Source: a virus
DNA: 64,000 nt
IMG/VR virus record: IMGVR_UViG_2802428968_000003
Strand: one strand, 5' to 3'
Shown in pieces: positions 57,002-64,000 of this stretch (positions are counted from its first letter, which is position 1; each line of letters begins with the position of its first letter). The translations under genes and the position numbers were made by a program. The notes under the pieces were generated by a model, which worked only from the letters and a program-made list of their open reading frames with translations, searched no databases and was not told where the DNA came from.

Positions 57002-57526
57002 ATGTCCCGCAACCTCATCGTCGTAGACCTGGAAACAACCGGCCTCGGCCCGCAGTGCGCGCCGATCGAGGTTGCGGCCATCAACGTCGACACCGGAGAA
57101 ACACTCGAATTCGTGCCGTACGTCGACCTGTCCAAGGTCTCGATCGAGCCCCAGGCCTTCGCCATCAACCGCTATTTCGAACGCGGCGTCTATGACGTAA
57201 TGCTCAATCCCGACGACACCATCACAGCGTGGAGTGACCTTGCCGACATCCTGAGCGGCAACACCTTTGCCGGATCGAACCCGACATTCGACGCAGCCAT
57301 GGTCGCACGCAAGGTCGGCACGCACTGGCACTACCGCCTGGCCGACCTCGCCGCCTACGCGGCCCCAGCACTCGGCCGTGACCCGTCCGAGCTGCCGGGA
57401 CTGGCCGACGTGCTCGACGCCCTCAAGATCGAGAACCGTTGCCCACATTCGGCACTCGGCGACGCCGAGGCAACCGCCAAAGCATTCGTGAAGCTGCGCG
57501 ACTTCTACGCGGATGTGACCCTATGA
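57002..57526 (+). CDS. DEDD-type 3'-5' exonuclease (DnaQ-like)
   Basis: LIVVDLETTGL matches Exo I. HSALGDAEATAKAF matches Exo III. Confidence 0.65.
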   Translation: MSRNLIVVDLETTGLGPQCAPIEVAAINVDTGETLEFVPYVDLSKVSIEPQAFAINRYFERGVYDVMLNPDDTITAWSDLADILSGNTFAGSNPTFDAAMVARKVGTHWHYRLADLAAYAAPALGRDPSELPGLADVLDALKIENRCPHSALGDAEATAKAFVKLRDFYADVTL

Positions 57527-57939
57527 CCGCCCCGTCCATCTCCCGTCGCTACATCGACGCCACCCCCGTGCGCGAGCACCTGGAGAAGCTGCAGTCGATC
57601 GGCTGGACCATCAACGCCATCGCGGCCGCCAACGGCCACCCGGGAAAGCTCGTCACCACTCTGCGCCAGATCCTTCGCGGCCAACAAACCTGTGCCCCCT
57701 CCACCCGCGACTACGTGATGTGGATGGACCCCGAACTACCTCCCGAGACGGGAAAACCGTTCGTACTCAAATGGTCCGAATACGTGTACATCGGCGTACC
57801 CGACCATGCGGCTGCGCGCGAAATGGGCATCACCTACAACTCCATGTCGGAACAGTTACGGCGCAATGGTTTCCAGCCGTCTGCGCTGCTGTATGAGCTG
57901 GCCCGCGAGGAACGCGAGAAAGCCAAGGCACCTGCATGA
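57523..57939 (+). CDS. hypothetical protein (138 aa)
   Basis: ATGA-coupled. Confidence 0.4.
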   Translation: MTAPSISRRYIDATPVREHLEKLQSIGWTINAIAAANGHPGKLVTTLRQILRGQQTCAPSTRDYVMWMDPELPPETGKPFVLKWSEYVYIGVPDHAAAREMGITYNSMSEQLRRNGFQPSALLYELAREEREKAKAPA

Positions 57940-58460
57940 TGCTCACCGAAGATCAACGCTGGCTATTGCGGATGGTCGGCGGGTGGGAAATGCGCGACTG
58001 CCTCATCGGTCCCGCAGGTGTCACCCGTTTGATGCAATCCTGCTACGGCGGCACCCGCCTGCCTACCGACGGATATCCGTCTCACCTCAAGGGATTTGAG
58101 TGCGGACACGGCAAGATCGTGTCGAGGGGCATCCCCGTCGTCACCGTGACCACCGCGCAGCTGAACAAGTTCGCACGCTCCCTGCCAGTCGAGCTTGTCG
58201 CCGAGATGCGCGGGTGCGCCACCGCCGCGCAGCGCAATAACTTACTTCGCCACCAGTTCTGCCACTGCGGGAGCGAACCGTGCGGGTACGCGTACATGGG
58301 CGACCGCATTTGCCCGCCGACCGAGCAGCAGGAAGCCGACGCCAAGGCCGAGTTCTGGCGCTGCCAGGACTGGACCGACGACTTGCTCGACCGCGCACTC
58401 GGGTTCACCGCCGAGGACGAGCCGGTCGGACAGCTGGAGCTGTTCGGAGTCAGCGCATGA
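57936..58460 (+). CDS. hypothetical Cys-rich protein (174 aa)
   Basis: ATGA-coupled. Contains CHCGSEPCGYAYMGDRIC. Confidence 0.4.
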   Translation: MMLTEDQRWLLRMVGGWEMRDCLIGPAGVTRLMQSCYGGTRLPTDGYPSHLKGFECGHGKIVSRGIPVVTVTTAQLNKFARSLPVELVAEMRGCATAAQRNNLLRHQFCHCGSEPCGYAYMGDRICPPTEQQEADAKAEFWRCQDWTDDLLDRALGFTAEDEPVGQLELFGVSA

Positions 58461-59107
58461 TCACGCCCTACTACCAAGACGAATCGGTCAGCCTGCACCA
58501 CGGCGACGCCCTCGACGTGGCCAAGGCACTGCCCGCCGGCGGGGCCGATTGCATCGTCACCAGCCCGCCCTACTTCGGCCTTCGCGACTACGGCGAGCCC
58601 GGCCAGTATGGGCTGGAGGACTCGCCAGCCCAGTACGTCGAGAATATGCGCGCGCTGTTCGCCGAGCTGCGCCGCGTGCTCGCCGACGACGGAACACTCT
58701 GGCTCAACCTTGGTGACAGCTACTACAGCGGCCGGGGCAACCCGGGCCCGAACGCCGACGACCGAAATCGCCGATTGGCCGATGCCATGACGCTCCATTT
58801 CGATCTGCACGTCAACGGCCAATCGATCCACGAGGGCATGACTATCCAGCGCACGACGCCGGGCCGCCCGCATCCCGACGACGTGAACAACTACGTCGTA
58901 AAGGCTAAATGCGACGGTGCCTGGCACACGGTCACCGTCAAGCACCGATACGGCGACGGACCTTGGGTGTTGGTGCGCAAGGCGCTGGCGGCAATCGACC
59001 AGGCGCGACAGCCCCCGCCCAACGGCGGGCACAACCCAGCTCGGCCGAGCGACTGCGCGCGCCTATGCGGCGCCCCGGGGTGCGCATCGTGGGGGTGCAT
59101 TTCGTGA
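58457..59107 (+). CDS. DNA methyltransferase N-terminal region (SPPY motif IV), apparently lacking the AdoMet motif I; possibly truncated
   Basis: CIVTSPPYFGLRDYG...DGTLWLNLGDSYY resembles PF01555-type N4/N6 MTase motifs IV-VIII. No FxGxG seen in the C-terminus. Confidence 0.45.
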   Translation: MITPYYQDESVSLHHGDALDVAKALPAGGADCIVTSPPYFGLRDYGEPGQYGLEDSPAQYVENMRALFAELRRVLADDGTLWLNLGDSYYSGRGNPGPNADDRNRRLADAMTLHFDLHVNGQSIHEGMTIQRTTPGRPHPDDVNNYVVKAKCDGAWHTVTVKHRYGDGPWVLVRKALAAIDQARQPPPNGGHNPARPSDCARLCGAPGCASWGCIS

Positions 59108-59232
59108 CCCGCACCCCCGAGAGCACCAAGGCATACCAGGCCGGTCTGTGCGTGGACTGCAAGACCGAGCCGCACAGCGCCGGTCGGCCGAGGTGCGAGA
59201 AGTGCCATACGAAATTCAGAAGGGGTGAGTAG

Positions 59233-59652
59233 ATGCGAGCGATCACCGTTCGCCAGCCGTGGGCGTGGCAGATCATCAATCAGGGCAAGGACATTGAGAA
59301 CCGCACGCGCAACATAGCCGGGAAGTACCGTGGCCCAGTTGCGATACGCGCCGCGCTCAAGGCCGACGAGGCAGCATTGGCGCGACTGCCGATGCATGCG
59401 CCCGGATGGGTAACCGCACCACGGGTATTCGACTATGGCGTCATTCTCGGCGTGGTCGATCTGGTTGAGGTGCACCAGTCGGCGCCGTTCTGCTGCGGGA
59501 GCGACTGGGGAGAGCTGCTCTGGGGCGGGTACCACCTCGTGTTGGCCAACCCGCGCCCGATTCCACTGAATACACAACCGCGTTGCCGCGGGGCGCTCGG
59601 CCTCTGGACCCCGCCCGCTGACATCCTCGCACGTCTCCAGGCAGTGACGTAG
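59233..59652 (+). CDS. ASCH domain protein
   Basis: MRAITVRQPWAWQIINQGKDIENR. Confidence 0.5.
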   Translation: MRAITVRQPWAWQIINQGKDIENRTRNIAGKYRGPVAIRAALKADEAALARLPMHAPGWVTAPRVFDYGVILGVVDLVEVHQSAPFCCGSDWGELLWGGYHLVLANPRPIPLNTQPRCRGALGLWTPPADILARLQAVT

Positions 59653-60020
59653 TGCCCATCCGTCCGGAGAACCGCGACCGCTACCCCAAGGACTGGCCCG
59701 AGATCTCGCGCCGCATCCGGTTCGAGCGCGCCCAAGGCCGCTGTGAGTGCGAGGGCGAGTGCCTGCGGGGTACACACCTCGACCGCTGCACGAACGTCAA
59801 CGGACAGCCCGCATACGGCACCGGCAGCCGCGTCGTGCTGACCGTGGCGCACCTGAACCACACACCCGAGGACTGCCGCGATGAGAACCTGCGCGCCATG
59901 TGCCAGGGCTGCCACCTGCACTACGACCTAGAGCACCACGCGCAGACGCGCCAGCGGGCCCGCACGGCGGCTCTTGAGGCACAGATGGACCCGATGTTCG
60001 GCCCCGAGATTTTGGGGTGA
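59652..60020 (+). CDS. HNH endonuclease
   Basis: CECEGEC...HLNHTPEDCRDENLRAMCQGCHLHYDLEHH. Confidence 0.6.
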   Translation: MPIRPENRDRYPKDWPEISRRIRFERAQGRCECEGECLRGTHLDRCTNVNGQPAYGTGSRVVLTVAHLNHTPEDCRDENLRAMCQGCHLHYDLEHHAQTRQRARTAALEAQMDPMFGPEILG

Positions 60021-60081
60021 GAAGGAGTGCCGAACGTGCCGCAGTCTGAATACATGCACGCGAATCAGAGAAAGGAACACC

Positions 60082-61011
60082 GTGGCTAACTCGGCCGGAA
60101 TGCTCAAGGAATCAATCTGGCGCGACGGCCATTTCCGAGCGCTCACACGCACCGCGCAATGCACCTACGCGCAGCTGCTCAGTCAAAAGGATCTCGACCG
60201 CGCCGGGATGCAACCACTTCAAATCACCAAGTGGGCCAAGGGGTGCAACGAGATGTCCGTCGAAGACCTACAGGCCGACCTCGACGAGCTGGAGCGTGAA
60301 CGGTTCGTGTTCTACGACGAGGACACTGACGAACTGTTCGTGCGCGCCTACATGCGCACCACCGAGGTCACCCGGTATCCGCAGTACCTCAAGAGCGCCT
60401 TGAAATGCGCCGTCATGGTGGCCTCGCCTAAGCTGCGCCATGAGTTGGCGGTCGAGCTACGTCGCCTGCGCAAGCCCGAGGCGACCAAGGTCGCCGATGA
60501 GATTGACCCGTCTGACCCTGACCCCGATGACACCGTGACGGAACCGTGCGAGAACCCTGACGGCACCGTGCCCGAAGGGTGCGAGAACCCTGCCGGAACC
60601 GTGAACCCTGACGGCACCCTGCCCGAACCCTCTAGGGAAAGGGTAAGGGTAGGGGTAAGGGAACTTACGTTGGTAAGTACTCAAGTTGGGGAGCGCTGCG
60701 CGCCGCCCCCCGAGTTCTGCCCCAAGCATCCTGGCGGCACCGAGGACCCGTGCCGCGCCTGCCAGCGCTACCGGGTGCAGTACTCCCAGTGGGCCGCAGA
60801 CGACGCGGCTCTCGCCGCCGCCGAGCAGCGCGCACAACACCGGGGCGAGCGAGATGCCAAGCGCCAGGCCATCGCCGCGTGCCGCCTGTGCGACCAGGAC
60901 GGCTACAACGGCCTCTCCGTCTGCGATCACGTCGACCGCTCGGCCACCGCCAGAGCCGGACTCGCCAGAGCCCGCGCAGCGCTCGAAAATCCCCCCGCCG
61001 CGACCGGATAG
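60082..61011 (+). CDS. hypothetical protein with internal PEGCENP.GTV tandem peptide repeats and C-terminal Cys cluster
   Basis: GTG at 60082 with GAAAGGAAC RBS. Repeats at 60535-60640. Confidence 0.45.
   Translation: MANSAGMLKESIWRDGHFRALTRTAQCTYAQLLSQKDLDRAGMQPLQITKWAKGCNEMSVEDLQADLDELERERFVFYDEDTDELFVRAYMRTTEVTRYPQYLKSALKCAVMVASPKLRHELAVELRRLRKPEATKVADEIDPSDPDPDDTVTEPCENPDGTVPEGCENPAGTVNPDGTLPEPSRERVRVGVRELTLVSTQVGERCAPPPEFCPKHPGGTEDPCRACQRYRVQYSQWAADDAALAAAEQRAQHRGERDAKRQAIAACRLCDQDGYNGLSVCDHVDRSATARAGLARARAALENPPAATG
60640..60662 (+). repeat. G-quadruplex-forming motif GGGTAAGGGTAGGGGTAAGGG inside a CDS
   Basis: Four G-tracts of at least three G, loops of 3/2/3 nt, read directly. Confidence 0.5.
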
Positions 61012-61080
61012 TCCCGAACGGCCCGAAAACCCGCCAGCGACGACCACAGCCCCAGGAATCGATATGCGAACGGAGACACG

Positions 61081-61446
61081 ATGACCCAGAAAACAGACCC
61101 CGAGTGGTTTACCTGCCCCGGGCTGGAAGAGGGCGGGCGCGTGGCCATCCAGCTCACCGACGGCACGCTGATCGAGGGGTACTGGTACGACGGCGCGGTA
61201 CACGACGAGCCGCGCAAGCCCGAGCCGGAGCCACCAGTCCCGACGTACAACCCCCACTGCTGGCCGTTCCGTGCGGGATTCAGCGAGCCGTTCTGGCCGA
61301 ACCGCCCACCCGCGCCCTGGCGCATTCGGTGTGACGACGACGAGTGGTGGCTCATCGAGAAGCGCCAGACAGTCGGCTACGAGACCTGGTGCCGATTCGA
61401 CACGAGCACAGAAGCTTTCGCCGCGTTTGCTGCCGGGGGTGCGTGA
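61081..61446 (+). CDS. hypothetical protein (121 aa, Trp-rich)
   Basis: ORF. Confidence 0.4.
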   Translation: MTQKTDPEWFTCPGLEEGGRVAIQLTDGTLIEGYWYDGAVHDEPRKPEPEPPVPTYNPHCWPFRAGFSEPFWPNRPPAPWRIRCDDDEWWLIEKRQTVGYETWCRFDTSTEAFAAFAAGGA

Positions 61447-61616
61447 TGAGAGACCGCGACCTCGATGGGCGGGTGCTGAAAATCCGTCGCTGCCGACACA
61501 ACCAGCGCCACTACCGCGACGAGTACGGAAACCGGCGCTGCCGCGACTGCGACGCCTTCGTGCGACCGGTAGCCGGTGCGGTGATGTGCGCACCACCCAA
61601 GAGGGACGGGCGATGA
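61446..61616 (+). CDS. small zinc-ribbon protein (56 aa)
   Basis: TGATG overlap. CRHNQRHYRDEYGNRRCRDCD. Confidence 0.3.
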   Translation: MRDRDLDGRVLKIRRCRHNQRHYRDEYGNRRCRDCDAFVRPVAGAVMCAPPKRDGR

Positions 61617-61771
61617 GGCGCACGCGCCCCGGCGACGCTGACCGGATAGCCGAGCTCTGCTCCGATGCTGGTAAGCCGTTGCAGCCCTGGCAAATTCAGT
61701 TCCTCACCAGGCTCGAACAGCACGATACCGATGTCCAATTCGCCGAAATGGTAAGGGGATTCAACCGTTGA
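61613..61771 (+). CDS. small hypothetical protein (52 aa)
   Basis: ATGA overlaps on both sides. Confidence 0.3.
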   Translation: MRRTRPGDADRIAELCSDAGKPLQPWQIQFLTRLEQHDTDVQFAEMVRGFNR

Positions 61772-62970
61772 CGAAGTGCAAGCGGTGCGAACGCGCAACC
61801 GATCTGTTCGTGTGCAAGGCCTGCATCGCGGAGCTGCGCAAGCGCCTGGCCGACCTGCCGTGGTGGATCGATCGGCTCACCGAGACCGCTGTCGGGCAGG
61901 CGAACCTGGGCGACGGTGCACGCAAGGGCGAGCGCCGCGACGTGTTGCACGGCGACGACACGCTCGTGAGCCACGTCGAGCCGTTCCCCCGCGACAAGGA
62001 CACCACCCCGACCGACAGGGACCGCCGGGACAGGCACCAGGCGGCACTGTGGCATGCCCTGGCGCTCGGCCGGGTCAACGGACGCGCCAGCGACGAGCTC
62101 GACCGAATCCACAACGCACTGTCGACGACCATCCGCGACATGTGCGAGACGCGCGGGCTGGACGTGCCCGAGTTCCGCACCCGGCCAAGGCCTCTGCCGG
62201 TGGTCGTCGACTCGGATGCACGGCGGCCGGCAGATCGGTTCAGCCTCGATTCGGCGCCGCCGGCCCGGGCGGGCTCGTGTCGACGGTGCTTCGTCACGCT
62301 GCCCACCTCGGCGGCTGGGCCACTGTGCGACGACTGCGACGGCGCCCCGGAGATGTGCACGGCCGACGACTCCCCCGCGGATGACCTACGCGTGACCTAC
62401 GCCGGAAGGCGCGGCGACGAGACGCACTCAGTCGCCACGACAGCGCGCATGGCCAAGTGGCTGCACCGGCACGCGTCCAACATCGCGCTCCAGGAGAACG
62501 GCGCCGAGATCTGCGACGAGATCGAGCAGGTGTACCGGTCAATCACACGCGTGGTGAACCGCCCACCCGAGCCCATGATCATCGGGCCATGCATCACCGA
62601 CCCGGCACCCGACGAAGTACTCGCCGTGCGGGGACGCAAGGGCGACAAATCAACCCGGTGCGGGTACGCACTCATGGCACCGAGCCACAGCGGCTCAATC
62701 GTGTGCCCCCAGTGCGACACCGCGCATTCGGTGGCCGACGTGCTGGCACGCAACCTCGGCGAGCTCGACGACCGCAACGCGACCGTGCGCGAGCTGGTCG
62801 ACGTGGTGCTCCCCCGCCTCGACGAACACGTGCCACAATCGACCATCGAGCGGTGGATTAGACGCGGGTGGGTACCGGTACGCGGCCGGGACGCCCACGG
62901 GCACCAGATGGTTCGCATTGGGGATGTGCGCGCGGTGCGAGCGGGGAGGCCGAGGAACACCAGGGCGTAA
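61768..62970 (+). CDS. gene X: Cys-rich (zinc-ribbon) protein with C-terminal excisionase-like HTH; full-length copy
   Basis: CKRCERATDLFVCKAC, CRRCFV...CDDC, CPQC clusters. C-terminal TVRELVDVVLPRLDEHVPQSTIERWIRRGWVPVRGRD...VRIGDVRAV resembles excisionase-family HTH_17. Confidence 0.5.
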   Translation: MTKCKRCERATDLFVCKACIAELRKRLADLPWWIDRLTETAVGQANLGDGARKGERRDVLHGDDTLVSHVEPFPRDKDTTPTDRDRRDRHQAALWHALALGRVNGRASDELDRIHNALSTTIRDMCETRGLDVPEFRTRPRPLPVVVDSDARRPADRFSLDSAPPARAGSCRRCFVTLPTSAAGPLCDDCDGAPEMCTADDSPADDLRVTYAGRRGDETHSVATTARMAKWLHRHASNIALQENGAEICDEIEQVYRSITRVVNRPPEPMIIGPCITDPAPDEVLAVRGRKGDKSTRCGYALMAPSHSGSIVCPQCDTAHSVADVLARNLGELDDRNATVRELVDVVLPRLDEHVPQSTIERWIRRGWVPVRGRDAHGHQMVRIGDVRAVRAGRPRNTRA

Positions 62971-63013
62971 TACTGAAATGTTTGCTGCATCAAACCACCA
63001 TGAGAGATAACGG

Positions 63014-64000
63014 TTGCTAGCGGACGCCCGATATCTGCTTCGATATGTCAAGATTGGGTGCGTGATCCAGATATGGGAAACTCGCTACGCTGCAGGCAAG
63101 AGCGTCGCAAGAGCGATGAGAATCGCATGCTGGCTGGTGGCCGCAGAGTACGTCGTCCTGGTGGGTTCATTCGTATTGATGGCGCTATTCGACGAACGCA
63201 CTTTAGGGTATACGGTGGCCGCTTACGGCGCGCTGACCTTTATGATGCTGGTGCTCGCATCCTTGTGCATAACTGGAGCACTCTCCGTAGTTCTTGAAAG
63301 CGCGGAGAAACAGCGCCTTCGGGAAACCCCTTCGACTGTCTGGGGGATGATTTGGACCCCCTCGCCGCAGAATTTGATGTTTGCCACGGCTTTCATGCCG
63401 GCACTGGCGCTAATTGGTCCACTGCTCGCGGCTAAGGGATTGGATCCTAATCACTCCCCGATACCCGTGTTGAACTGCTTTATCATAATTGCGATGGCAT
63501 CCCTTGGCGCGATGCATGTTCGTTGCTTCTGGCGTATTTGGCGGAAGATGGATAGAGAGGTCAAGAAGGGCGAAGAGGATCTATTCCGTGATTTCGACTG
63601 GACACTCTTTGACAGCGACGACAGGGCGCGCTTTCGCGAGAAGTATCCAAACACACACTGGAAGTTCCCCGCAGATGCGGATTGTGACGCTGAGATCGAC
63701 TGCTTCATCAGGCGTGCCAGGAGTATGCACTCCAGGATTCAATTGTTTAATGCGGTAATTGCATTGTTGATCACATTTGCCGTCGGAGAGCTATTCAGGC
63801 GAACAATTACCGCTTGGGTCGAGATAGCAAGAAATAACGGTAGTACGCTTCTCGCGATGGGGGTGACTTTTGCGCTGTTCGCAATAATGGGATTCTTCTT
63901 TCTGCCCCTTCAACTCCAGCGGCGGGCCACTCGCTATGAGGACTTGCGGAAGGATTATGAAAAGTATCTTGAGAAAAGGGACACGCCCCCTGCGGCGTGA
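63014..64000 (+). CDS. low-GC multi-TM membrane protein (cargo following gene X)
   Basis: Several hydrophobic helices. AT-richer than the flanking sequence. Stop at 63998-64000. Confidence 0.45.
   Translation: MLADARYLLRYVKIGCVIQIWETRYAAGKSVARAMRIACWLVAAEYVVLVGSFVLMALFDERTLGYTVAAYGALTFMMLVLASLCITGALSVVLESAEKQRLRETPSTVWGMIWTPSPQNLMFATAFMPALALIGPLLAAKGLDPNHSPIPVLNCFIIIAMASLGAMHVRCFWRIWRKMDREVKKGEEDLFRDFDWTLFDSDDRARFREKYPNTHWKFPADADCDAEIDCFIRRARSMHSRIQLFNAVIALLITFAVGELFRRTITAWVEIARNNGSTLLAMGVTFALFAIMGFFFLPLQLQRRATRYEDLRKDYEKYLEKRDTPPAA

Overview
High-GC (visibly ~64-65%) actinobacterial, Mycobacterium-like chromosomal segment with three parts. (1) 1-10.8 kb: an unusual array of about 16 small membrane-protein genes in two convergent operons, translationally coupled through ATGA/GTGA overlaps. 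They fall into three recurring paralog families: a DUF3592-like beta-domain family whose C-terminal motif is R[FI]RH.TLDPDDL, and two other 2-TM families. One member is frameshifted and one carries an in-frame (GTGTCC)5 repeat. (2) 11.1-11.6 kb: a tRNA cluster, Phe-Asp-Glu on the minus strand and Lys on the plus strand, with a terminator hairpin. (3) From the 3' end of tRNA-Lys onward, prophage DNA arranged as two modules. Module A (11.6-48.3 kb) begins at the tRNA with an N-terminally truncated XRE-type repressor remnant overlapping the tRNA 3' end. It is fused at ~11862 to a 5'-truncated copy of a Cys-rich/HTH gene (gene X'). It continues through a low-GC minus-strand cargo block, then HNH nuclease, P-loop kinase, TerS/TerL, portal, ClpP-like protease-scaffold, HK97-type capsid, head-tail and tail genes including G/T chaperones with a putative frameshift, a 1208-aa tape measure, glycine-rich minor tail proteins, a lysis cassette (M15 LysA, LysB esterase, holin), and a leftward WXG100/ESX-type polymorphic toxin-immunity cassette. 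Module B (48.3 to at least 64 kb) holds a tyrosine integrase, repressor, operator-rich divergent region, cro, antirepressor, RecT/YqaJ recombination pair, SPFH protein, DnaQ-like exonuclease, truncated methylase, ASCH, HNH, and a full-length gene X (61768-62970) that is ~90% identical over ~1 kb to the truncated copy at 11862-12905. A second low-GC membrane cargo gene follows. The layout is consistent with tandem related prophages at tRNA-Lys, the first having lost its regulatory and early region, or with a rearranged single element. No att core copy of the tRNA-Lys 3' end was found inside the window. No CRISPR arrays or rRNA genes were seen.
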